64,000 nucleotides of DNA, from NCBI GenBank assembly GCA_050247355.1, contig JBFWUK010000010.1:4751-68750 (forward strand), read 5' to 3'. Source of the stretch: Vicinamibacterales bacterium. GTDB lineage: Bacteria; Acidobacteriota; Vicinamibacteria; Vicinamibacterales; UBA2999. A program made the position numbers and the translations under genes. This document shows, in pieces, positions 1 through 7,740 of the stretch. Position 1 is the first letter of the stretch, and the number at the start of each line of letters is the position of its first letter. The notes beneath the pieces were generated by a model that ran no database searches, was not told where the DNA came from, and worked only from the letters and a program-made list of their open reading frames with translations.

Positions 1-921
1 CGTCATCTCGACGGCGGAACCGCACGTATGTGCTCCCATTGACGCGAATGGCAATCTCACCTCAGACGGGACGAAGACCTACGTCTGGAATGCACTGAAT
101 CAGCTCGTCGAGGTGAAGGCAGGATCAACAACCGTCGCCACGTTTGAGTACGACGGCGCCGGCAGGAGAACGGAGAAGGTCGCGGCCGGCCTGACGCATC
201 AATACATCTACGATGCGGAAGATGTCCTCGAAGAGCGGATCTCAGGAGCGTCGAGCGACACGATCCGGTACCACCACGGCGTTGGCATCGATGAGCCGTT
301 AGCGCGTAAGAACAGCAACGACGTCGTCACCTATTATCTCGCCGATCATCTGGGTAGCATCGTCCAAGAGACGAATGCGAGCGGCGCTGTGACTCTGCAA
401 CGCGAATACGACCCTGGGGTGCGCCCGTTCAAGGTGGTTCGACATCCGGCTACGCCTTCACCGGCCGCGATTGGGATGTTGAGATACAGCTGTACTACCA
501 TCGAGCCCGATACTATTCGGCAGAGCACGGTCGGTTTTTGTCGGACGATCCGTCAGGCCTTTCCGCTGGAATCAACCTCCTTGAGTACGTCGGCAATTCA
601 CCTGCGTCGAGAATCGATCCGTTTGGCCTGCAGTGGTTCCGGCCGCCTACTGAAAAATCCGTGTTTGGTCGGGACGGAACCTGGGTTGAGCCCGATGGTG
701 CAGGTCAGGTGATCGCCGATAACGTTCCGGCAATGCACACGACGTCAAAAATGCACGACGAACTTCTTACGGATGTAATGCCGATCTTGGTGAGGATCGG
801 AATTCCCTACAAGACAGCGGATCAAGATGATGAACTACCCCACAATGCCAGGGACATTCGTGCAGGCTGTGATCAAGGAAACGGAAAGGTCCGCGAAACA
901 GGTGATCACCCGAGTGCGTGA
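1..921 (+). pseudogene. RHS/YD-repeat toxin, 3' portion (5' end outside window), with an apparent 1-nt frameshift near 412-417
   Basis: Frame 2 is open from the window edge and reads YD-repeat text (DANGNLTSDGTKTYVWNALNQLVEV..., YIYDAEDVLEER, TYYLADHLGSIVQE, REYDP). The conserved RHS core end (YAFTGRDWDVEIQLYYHRARYYSAEHGRFLSDDPSGL...IDPFGLQ) is in frame 1. Adding one C to the run in gaCCCtgggg restores YDPWGAPVQGGSTSGYAFTG. Confidence 0.75.
631..921 (+). other. RHS C-terminal variable (toxin) domain, about 96 aa, no family recognised
   Basis: Follows the DPxGL core-end motif (IDPFGL, 613-630). Visibly lower GC than flanking DNA. No motif I can assign. Confidence 0.5.
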
Positions 922-951
922 CTGGCTAACACCTGATGGGAGGCAGACCTC

Positions 952-1452
952 GTGTCGCTGATTCATCGTCGTACGAAACGGGGTTTGGGTGAAGCGCGCC
1001 GGCGCGTCATCGCGGGACGAATGCTAGCCCTTGTCCTGTGCGGCGTCTGCTTCCAGGTCGGCTGCAGCGAAGAATACCGAGACGTGAGCAAGCAGAAGCC
1101 GTACGTCGACATGATCGGGCGAACATATCGAATCGCCGGCGACGTTGGAGCGTTTGGCATTTACGTCAGCGGTAGTGATAACGTTCCGACGTTTGTTGCG
1201 CTCTATCCTCAATCTGAGGCGCCTTCTGGACCCGAAGTGACGCTATCGCGTTCTGTCGAGCGCGGGCGGACCTTTCGAATCATGAGCGCCACTTTGTTCG
1301 ACACTCCAATCGACGACACACTCTTCTATACAGTGGAACTGGAGGGTGAGCCAATAGCTGCTGGTGTACCGGTTCACGTGCGACTTCGGCGCAACAACAG
1401 CATTCAAGACTCCGCGGAGCTCAACCCCCAATACTACGAGCGAGTCCATTGA
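952..1452 (+). CDS. Putative lipoprotein, candidate RHS immunity protein
   Basis: GTG start preceded by GGGAGG. The N-terminus (RRRVIAGRMLALVLCGVCFQVGC) looks like a lipoprotein signal with a lipobox-like VGC. Lies immediately downstream of the RHS toxin tail. Confidence 0.6.
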   Translation: MSLIHRRTKRGLGEARRRVIAGRMLALVLCGVCFQVGCSEEYRDVSKQKPYVDMIGRTYRIAGDVGAFGIYVSGSDNVPTFVALYPQSEAPSGPEVTLSRSVERGRTFRIMSATLFDTPIDDTLFYTVELEGEPIAAGVPVHVRLRRNNSIQDSAELNPQYYERVH

Positions 1453-1763
1453 GGCAGCGGCGCCGGTAGGGGGGCCGCGCCGCAAAGGCCGATGACGAAG
1501 ACGGGGACAACGCGCGTGCGCGCGGTTGTCCTCAGCCGTGGGGAGCGTCGAGGCCAGGACGATGCGCCGTTGTGCGCGCCGATCGCCGACCTTTGCGCGC
1601 GTGAACTGATGCCGCAGCAGCGCGATGCCTCGATCACGGTCGATCGAGCGGTGGCGTCGTGTGCCGCGCGTGCGGTGCGAGTGGTGGTGGCGCCAGTACC
1701 CGAGGGAGGGCGTGGATTCCCCATCATTGTGGACCAGCGCCGTGTTTGCTGGCGACGCGATCT

Positions 1764-1779
1764 GTGCTATAAGTAGCAC
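1764..1779. promoter_or_regulatory. Operator-like inverted repeat GTGCTA-N4-TAGCAC overlapping an extended -10 (TGcTATAAG, 1765-1773), 6 nt before the ATG
   Basis: Read directly. The -10 hexamer ends 6 nt upstream of the antitoxin ATG at 1780, which implies a leaderless or near-leaderless mRNA. Confidence 0.5.
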
Positions 1780-2055
1780 ATGGCGTCCATCGGTGTCCGA
1801 GAGCTCCGGCAACGGGCAAGCGAACTCCTGCGTCGCGTCGAACAGGGCGAAACCATCGAGGTCACGGATCGGGGCCGTCCAGTGGCGGTTCTTTCCCCGC
1901 CGCCGGAAGGCAGCCCGCTCGAGCGTTTACGCGCCCTGGGCGACGTCGACCCAGCGAAGGGGGATCTCGACGAACTGCCCGAACCGCTCGTCCTCGAAGC
2001 AGGAAGCCAACGACCGTCCGCAGTGCTCAGCCGTCTTCGCACGCACGAGCGCTGA
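1780..2055 (+). CDS. Type II antitoxin, Phd/YefM-like
   Basis: N-terminus IGVRELRQRASELLRRVEQGETIEVTDRGRPVAVLSP is typical of Phd/YefM antitoxins. A PIN toxin gene starts 4 nt downstream. Confidence 0.8.
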   Translation: MASIGVRELRQRASELLRRVEQGETIEVTDRGRPVAVLSPPPEGSPLERLRALGDVDPAKGDLDELPEPLVLEAGSQRPSAVLSRLRTHER

Positions 2056-2058
2056 GCC

Positions 2059-2448
2059 GTGGCGACGTACCTCGACTCGTCAGCCATTGTGAAACTCGCC
2101 GTCCGCGAGCCGGAGTCTCTCGCGCTGCGCCGCTATCTCCGGCGAAAGCCGGCGCTGGTGTCGAGCGCGCTCGCTCGCACAGAGGTGTTACGCGCGCTGC
2201 TGCCGTCTGGCGACGCGGCGGTGGCCCGAGGTCGCGCCGTGCTCCAGCGGATCGATCTGGTTCGCGTGAACGATCGCATTCTGAACGCCGCCGGCGTGTT
2301 GCACCCATCGGCGCTGCGCTCACTGGACGCCATTCACCTCGCCACGGCGCACGAACTTGGCGATGAACTGAGCGCCCTCGTCACCTACGACGACCGAATG
2401 GTCACGGCCGCGAAACAGCTCGGCTATAGGATCGTCCAGCCGCGCTGA
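2059..2448 (+). CDS. vapC: PIN-domain ribonuclease toxin (VapC-like)
   Basis: YLDSSAIVKL at the N-terminus, later LRSLDAIHLATA and TYDDRM, giving PIN acidic-residue spacing. Paired with the upstream antitoxin. Confidence 0.8.
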   Translation: MATYLDSSAIVKLAVREPESLALRRYLRRKPALVSSALARTEVLRALLPSGDAAVARGRAVLQRIDLVRVNDRILNAAGVLHPSALRSLDAIHLATAHELGDELSALVTYDDRMVTAAKQLGYRIVQPR

Positions 2449-2849
2449 TGCGTGCGATCATGCGGCTGGCTACGTGGTCGTCACCGATGAATCGGACCGG
2501 GAATGTCGGAGGGCCGTTGGTGTGAGTCAGGCCATTCAAGAGCAGCACGATGCCTCGAGCACGGTCGGTCGACCAAGCGGCGTCGTGTGCCGCCGACGAG
2601 GGCGATTGGGGATGACGGCAGGACCCGAATGGGGCGTGAGCGACCCCCTCCGTCGCCGCGGAGCGCGTCCCGGCGCGTGTGGGGAATCACTCACGCCCTG
2701 GTCCCGAGGTCGGTGAGAGCGCGCACGGCTGAGGCGGGCCGAATGGGGTTCGCCCCACGAGCGCCGCAAGGCGCGAGCCCCAGGAGGCGCGCCCGCGCCG
2801 AGCCCTACGACGGGCGAAGCCCGCGCCCATCCGGCACAAGTGGCATCTG

Positions 2850-2864
2850 ATAACGTGTTATGAT
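2850..2864. promoter_or_regulatory. Inverted repeat ATAAC-GT-GTTAT overlapping an extended -10 (TGtTATGAT, 2856-2864), 6 nt before the ATG
   Basis: Read directly. Same architecture as the promoter at 1764-1779, so a leaderless antitoxin mRNA is likely. Confidence 0.5.
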
Positions 2865-2870
2865 GACGGC

Positions 2871-3104
2871 ATGCGAACCATCGTGGACCTGCCGGCCGGA
2901 CAAGTGGACTCACTGGATGAGTGGTGCCGGCGCGAGGGCGTGTCCCGCGCCGAGGCCGTGCGTCGAGCGGTGGCCGATTACCTGCGAAAACACAACACGC
3001 GGGGCGGCGAAAAGGCGTTTGGCCTGTGGCGCGGCATTCCCGAAGGCGGTCTCGCCTATCAGGAACGCCTGCGGCGGGAATGGGACGGCCGGACCTCGGA
3101 ATAG
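2871..3104 (+). CDS. Ribbon-helix-helix (CopG/MetJ-type) antitoxin
   Basis: MRTIVDLPAGQVDSLDEWCRREGVSRAEAVRRAVADYL is a typical RHH fold signature. A PIN gene follows 2 nt later. Confidence 0.8.
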   Translation: MRTIVDLPAGQVDSLDEWCRREGVSRAEAVRRAVADYLRKHNTRGGEKAFGLWRGIPEGGLAYQERLRREWDGRTSE

Positions 3105-3106
3105 CC

Positions 3107-3466
3107 GTGAAAGCACTCTTCGACACCAATATCCTGATCGACTACCTGAAAGGCGTCGACGCCGCGCAAGCGGAGCTGGCCCGCTACCGCCAGCCGCTGA
3201 TCAGCATCGTCACCTGGATGGAAGTGCTGGCCGGCGTCCGCACCGAGGAAGAAGGTGACGTTGTCGAGATGTTCCTCCGCGACTTCCGCATCGTCGAGGT
3301 GACGCGGGGCATTGCCCGGGAGGCAACAGAGATCCGGCAAACCTCGCGCATCCGCTTGCCCGACGCCCTGATCTGGGCGTCGGCCCGGCACGAATCCGCC
3401 CTGCTAGTCACGCGCAACACGAAGGACTTTCCCAAGGACGAGCCGGGCATTCGCATTCCGTACTGA
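3107..3466 (+). CDS. vapC: PIN-domain toxin (VapC-like)
   Basis: GTG at 3107 gives VKALFDTNILIDYL..., later EATEIR, LPDALIWASA and TRNTKDF. The longer track ORF (2921..) overlaps the antitoxin and is not needed. Confidence 0.8.
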   Translation: MKALFDTNILIDYLKGVDAAQAELARYRQPLISIVTWMEVLAGVRTEEEGDVVEMFLRDFRIVEVTRGIAREATEIRQTSRIRLPDALIWASARHESALLVTRNTKDFPKDEPGIRIPY

Positions 3467-3480
3467 GCACGCCCTCCCAC

Positions 3481-3560
3481 GGCAATGTCCGGCTGAAGCC
3501 GGACGCCACATGGCGATGGTCCGGCTGAAGCCGGACGCCACATGGCAATGTCCCGGCGCA
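3481..3560 (+). repeat. REP-like hairpin element: two tandem direct copies plus a partial third (unit about 31-32 bp, core GTCCGGCTGAAGCCGGACGCCACATGG)
   Basis: Copies at about 3488-3514 and 3519-3546. Core hairpin is TCCGGCT-GA-AGCCGGA. The same element recurs at 13086-13147 and, inverted, at 56528-56634. Confidence 0.85.
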
Positions 3561-3573
3561 GTATCATCAGAGG

Positions 3574-3906
3574 GTGGCAGTTCCGAAGACGGCAGACGGC
3601 GTCGAAATCGAGTCGCGCGCCGACGAGAAGGTCGAGCACCCGCGGCTGTGGCGCGTCCTGCTTCACAACGACGACTTCACCACCCAGGAATTCGTGGTGT
3701 GGGTGCTCGAAACCGTCTTCAACATGCCGCCGGCCGAGGCCTACCGCGTGATGATGCACGTGCACCAGGCCGGCATCGGCGTGGCCGGCCTCTTCACCCG
3801 CGACGTTGCCGAGACCAAGGTCAAGGCCACCCAGACGCTGGCCGAGCAGCACGAGTTCCCGCTGCTGGTGACGCTTGAACCCGATCCCGAGGGAGCCCGC
3901 GCATGA
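3574..3906 (+). CDS. clpS: ATP-dependent Clp protease adaptor ClpS
   Basis: PRLWRVLLHNDDFTTQEFVVWVLETVFNM...AYRVMMHVHQAG matches the ClpS core. Its stop overlaps the clpA start (ATGA). Confidence 0.9.
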   Translation: MAVPKTADGVEIESRADEKVEHPRLWRVLLHNDDFTTQEFVVWVLETVFNMPPAEAYRVMMHVHQAGIGVAGLFTRDVAETKVKATQTLAEQHEFPLLVTLEPDPEGARA

Positions 3907-6200
3907 GCCGCACGCCCGTTCCGTTCGCGCCTGATACCCTCGAGAGCATTCGCCGCGCCTTCCGCGTCGCCTCCGAGCGGCGCCACGACCTGGTCAGCCT
4001 CGAGCACATGCTGCACGCGCTGGTCGAGGATCCGCAGGCGCGGACCATTCTCACCAACTGCCGCGTGGACCTGATCGCGCTGCGCAAGGATCTGGACGAA
4101 GTGCTCGATCGCGCGTTCACGCCCGTGCCCGGCCGCAAGGCGGTCAAGCCCGAGTCCACCCTCGGCTTCGACCGCGTGGTCGAACGCGCCGTGGTGCACG
4201 CGGCCTCGTCCAGCGCGCAACAGGTGGAGAGCGGCGCCCTGCTGGTGTTCCTGCTGCAGGAAGAAGACAGTCACGCGGCGTACTTCCTGCGCAAGCAGGG
4301 GGTGGATCGCCTCACGCTGCTGCGCGCCATCTCGCACGGCGGCGAGAAGGAAGGCACCGTCGCGCCGGATGGCGGCGAGGCCACCGTCAAGGATCCGCTC
4401 GAGATCTACGCCACCGATCTCGTGGCCAAGGCCGCGAAGGGCGGCATCGATCCGCTGATCGGCCGGCAGCTCGAACTCGATCGCATGATCCAGGTGCTGT
4501 GCCGCCGCCGCAAGAACAACCCCCTGCTGGTGGGCGAGCCCGGCGTTGGCAAAACGGCGCTGGCCGAAGGCCTGGCGCTGCGCATTCACCAGGACGATGT
4601 GCCAGAGCCGCTGAAAGGCGTGCGCGTGTTCGCGCTCGACATGGGCACGCTGGTAGCCGGCACCCGCTACCGCGGCGACTTCGAGGAACGCGTCAAGCAA
4701 GTGCTCGACGCGCTCGAGAAACAGAACCACGCCATTCTCTTCATCGACGAGATTCACACGATGGTTGGCGCCGGCTCGGCGTCGGGCGGGACGATGGACG
4801 CGGGGAACTTGTTGAAGCCGGCCCTGGCGTCAGGTGCGCTGCGATGCATTGGTTCGTCGACGTTCTCGGATGTGAAGCAGTCGTTCGACAAAGACCGCGC
4901 GCTGTCGCGCCGCTTCCAGAAGATCGAGGTGCTGGAGCCGTCGGAGGCCGAGACCATCGAAATTCTGAAGGGACTGAAGGACTCGTACGAGAAGCACCAC
5001 GGCGTGACCTACTCGGACGAAGCGATCGAGGCGGCCGTGTCGCTGTCGGTGCGTCACTTGAAGGACCTGCATCTTCCCGACAAGGCGATTGATGTGTTGG
5101 ACGAAACCGGCGCGTTGGTGAAGCTGAGGCCGGTCGACCCGCCTACGCTCGCCAGTGGGGCAGCGAGCTCCGGCGAGGCCTCGCCGAAGCAGCCTTCGGC
5201 TGCGAAGGCGGGGACCCGCGCGATCACCGTCGCCGACGTCGAGAAGATCGTCGCGAAGATGGCGCGCGTGCCGGTGCAGGCGGTGTCGAGCGACGACAAG
5301 GTGTCGCTCAAGAACCTCGAAAGCGAACTGCGCGCGGTGATCTTCGGGCAGGACGCGGCAATCGACGAGGTCGCCTCGGCCATCAAGCTGTCGCGCTCGG
5401 GGCTGCGGTCGGCCGACAAGCCGATGGGCAACTTCCTGTTCGCAGGACCCACCGGCGTCGGCAAAACCGAACTGGCCAAGCAGCTGGCGCGGGTGTTGAA
5501 GGTGGAGTTCCTGCGCTTCGACATGTCCGAGTACATGGAGAAGCACGCGGTGTCGCGCCTGATCGGCGCGCCGCCCGGCTACGTCGGCTACGAAGAGGGC
5601 GGGCTGCTGATCGACGCCATTCGCAAGGCGCCGCACGCAGTGCTGCTGCTCGACGAAATCGAGAAGGCGCATCCCGACCTGTTCGCCATCCTGCTGCAGG
5701 TGATGGATCACGCGACGCTGACCGACACGCACGGCCGGCATGCCGACTTCCGTCACGTCATCCTGATCATGACCACCAACGCCGGCGCGCGCGACCTGTC
5801 GGGCCGCCGCATGGGGTTCAAGGAAGCGGGCGAGGGCTCGAAGGCGACCGGCGTGCTCGAACGCGTGTTCGCGCCCGAGTTCCGCAACCGTCTCGACGCC
5901 ACGGTCCACTTTCAGCCGCTCGGCACGAAGCAGATCGAGCTGGTGGTCGACAAGCACATCGACGAGCTGCGCGCGCTGGTGGCGGGCCGCAAGATCACGA
6001 TCGAGCTCGAACCGGCCGCCCGCGCGTGGCTGGCCGAGAAGGGCTTCGACCGCGCGTTCGGCGCGCGGCCCATGGCCCGGCTGGTCGAGAAGTCAATCAA
6101 GAAGCCGCTGTCGGAACTGCTGTTGTTCGGCGACGTGAAAGACGGCGGCCGCATCATCGTCAGCGTGGAGGGCGATGCTCTGCAAGTGAAGCAGGCCTAG
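3903..6200 (+). CDS. clpA: ATP-dependent Clp protease ATP-binding subunit ClpA
   Basis: Two AAA+ modules (GEPGVGKTA and GPTGVGKTE Walker A motifs) with an N-terminal Clp_N-like repeat. 765 aa, adjacent to clpS. Confidence 0.95.
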   Translation: MSRTPVPFAPDTLESIRRAFRVASERRHDLVSLEHMLHALVEDPQARTILTNCRVDLIALRKDLDEVLDRAFTPVPGRKAVKPESTLGFDRVVERAVVHAASSSAQQVESGALLVFLLQEEDSHAAYFLRKQGVDRLTLLRAISHGGEKEGTVAPDGGEATVKDPLEIYATDLVAKAAKGGIDPLIGRQLELDRMIQVLCRRRKNNPLLVGEPGVGKTALAEGLALRIHQDDVPEPLKGVRVFALDMGTLVAGTRYRGDFEERVKQVLDALEKQNHAILFIDEIHTMVGAGSASGGTMDAGNLLKPALASGALRCIGSSTFSDVKQSFDKDRALSRRFQKIEVLEPSEAETIEILKGLKDSYEKHHGVTYSDEAIEAAVSLSVRHLKDLHLPDKAIDVLDETGALVKLRPVDPPTLASGAASSGEASPKQPSAAKAGTRAITVADVEKIVAKMARVPVQAVSSDDKVSLKNLESELRAVIFGQDAAIDEVASAIKLSRSGLRSADKPMGNFLFAGPTGVGKTELAKQLARVLKVEFLRFDMSEYMEKHAVSRLIGAPPGYVGYEEGGLLIDAIRKAPHAVLLLDEIEKAHPDLFAILLQVMDHATLTDTHGRHADFRHVILIMTTNAGARDLSGRRMGFKEAGEGSKATGVLERVFAPEFRNRLDATVHFQPLGTKQIELVVDKHIDELRALVAGRKITIELEPAARAWLAEKGFDRAFGARPMARLVEKSIKKPLSELLLFGDVKDGGRIIVSVEGDALQVKQA

Positions 6201-6231
6201 CTCGGCAACTCAGACTCTCCAAAAAACGGGC

Positions 6232-6259
6232 TTGACGCTAGTCTGACAGCGTGTAAGAT
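6232..6259 (+). promoter_or_regulatory. Sigma70-type promoter candidate: TTGACG, 16-nt spacer, TAAGAT. The -10 ends 7 nt before the padR-like ATG.
   Basis: Read directly. The spacing implies a leaderless transcript for the gene at 6267. Confidence 0.45.
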
Positions 6260-6266
6260 ACGCGCC

Positions 6267-6578
6267 ATGACTGACCCCCGACTACCCTCGATGTCGCGGA
6301 CCGAGTCGCTCGTCATGGAGCTGCTCGGCCATCGCGAGCGCTACGGCCTCCAATTGGTAGACGCCGCCGCCGGCGCGCTCAAGCGTGGCTCCGTCTATGT
6401 GATCCTGGCCCGAATGGAAGAGAAGGGCTTCGTCGAATCGTGGCAGGAAGATCGCGCGGCCGGTGCCAGCGGCATGCCGCGGCGCCTGTATCGCGCCACG
6501 CCCTATGGCCTGAAGGTGCACCTGGCCTTCGCGACACTGCGCGAGGCGCTGGCCCTGAAGCCGGCGGAGGCGCAATGA
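6267..6578 (+). CDS. PadR-family transcriptional regulator
   Basis: ESLVMELLGHRERYGLQLVD...GSVYVILARMEEKGFVESW...RRLYRATPYG is a PadR winged-helix pattern. Confidence 0.8.
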   Translation: MTDPRLPSMSRTESLVMELLGHRERYGLQLVDAAAGALKRGSVYVILARMEEKGFVESWQEDRAAGASGMPRRLYRATPYGLKVHLAFATLREALALKPAEAQ

Positions 6579-6955
6579 GCTTCGAGTCGCGCGTCTTGGC
6601 TTTTGCCGAGCGGTTCCTCTCGGACCGCAGCGTGGAACTGATCGTGGCTCCCGCGCTTGCCGACCTGCAGTTCGATCGCGGTGCCGGTCCGCTCAGGCAA
6701 GCCGCGAACTACCTGGCGGTGGTTCGCGCCATTGGCGGCGGGTTGCGCGACGAGGCCGCGCGCGGCTCCGGCTTCTTCCTGGTCCTCACGTTGATGACCG
6801 CCGGCTACAACATCGTGCTGCTGACGCTGTTCGCCGACTTCATCTCGTTGTCATCCAACCTGTTGGGCGTGGCAGTGGGGCTGTTGCTGCTGTCCGTGTG
6901 TCCCGTGGCGGCCTGCTTCTGGCCTCAGCGGCGGCGCGTTCGATCCGCCGACTAA
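6575..6955 (+). CDS. Small membrane protein co-transcribed with the PadR gene
   Basis: ATG at 6575 overlaps the PadR stop (ATGA). The C-terminal half is hydrophobic (FFLVLTLMTAGYNIVLLTLFADFISL..., LGVAVGLLLLSVCPVAACFW). Confidence 0.6.
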   Translation: MSFESRVLAFAERFLSDRSVELIVAPALADLQFDRGAGPLRQAANYLAVVRAIGGGLRDEAARGSGFFLVLTLMTAGYNIVLLTLFADFISLSSNLLGVAVGLLLLSVCPVAACFWPQRRRVRSAD

Positions 6956-6963
6956 GGTTCGCC

Positions 6964-7740
6964 ATGCCCGACCTTCGCGCGGTTCGGCTGTCGAAGTATT
7001 TTTCAGGCGTGCGGGTCGTGAAAGACGCCGACTTCACGCTGCGTCCCGGCGAGATTGTCGGCTATCTCGGGCCGAACGGCTCGGGCAAGAGCACCACCGC
7101 GAAAATGCTGGCCGGCCTGCTCGAACCGTCGGCCGGGCACGTCGAGTACGACGGCCGCGACATTCGCGACGACGTGATCGCGTTCAGGCGGGTGTTGGGC
7201 TACATCCCCGAAGAGCCGTACCTGTATCCATTCCTGTCCGGCAGTGAATACCTGCAGCTGATCGGCCGCCTGCGCGAGATTCCCGACGCGCTGCTGACCA
7301 GGAAGATCGAAGGCTTCCTGGACCTGTTCGGCCTGCGCCCTGCGGCCGACCAGGCGATTTCCTCGTACTCGAAAGGGATGCGCCAGAAGATCGTCATCTC
7401 GGGCGCGCTGCTGCACGACCCCGCGGTGGTGCTGTTCGATGAACCCGAGACCGGCCTCGACGTGGCGACCACGCTGATGCTGCGCCACCTGGTGCGGCTG
7501 CTGGCCGCTCGCGGCAAGGCGATTCTCTACAGCTCGCACATCCTGGAAGTGGTCGAGCGGGTGTGCGACAAGGTGATCGTGCTCCACAAGGGTGAAGTGG
7601 TGGCCGACGATTCCATCGCCAACTTGCGGACGCTGCTGTCGCGGACGTCGCTCGAAGGCGTGTTCTCCGAACTGGTCATTCGGGAAGACCCCGAACGGCT
7701 GGCCAGCGACCTGGCCGAGTTGTCGGCGCTGGGAGCCTAG
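6964..7740 (+). CDS. ABC transporter ATP-binding protein (ABC-2 type)
   Basis: Walker A GPNGSGKST, signature YSKGMRQK, Walker B VVLFDEP. Confidence 0.9.
   Translation: MPDLRAVRLSKYFSGVRVVKDADFTLRPGEIVGYLGPNGSGKSTTAKMLAGLLEPSAGHVEYDGRDIRDDVIAFRRVLGYIPEEPYLYPFLSGSEYLQLIGRLREIPDALLTRKIEGFLDLFGLRPAADQAISSYSKGMRQKIVISGALLHDPAVVLFDEPETGLDVATTLMLRHLVRLLAARGKAILYSSHILEVVERVCDKVIVLHKGEVVADDSIANLRTLLSRTSLEGVFSELVIREDPERLASDLAELSALGA

Noticed and set aside
405-420. Programmed ribosomal frameshifting as the explanation for the RHS frame change, and likewise at 16975-16990 for the PQQ-like gene.
   Set aside because: There is no X XXY YYZ slippery heptamer and no obvious downstream stimulatory pseudoknot. 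The RHS shift sits in a C/G homopolymer context, where a 1-nt deletion or a base-calling error is more likely.
3481-3560. Tandem 31-32-bp repeats upstream of clpS, considered as a mini-CRISPR array.
   Set aside because: There are only about 2.5 units, and they are directly abutting with no unique spacers of CRISPR size. No cas genes are present. The same unit occurs singly or inverted elsewhere (13086-13147, 56528-56634). This fits a REP-like element instead.
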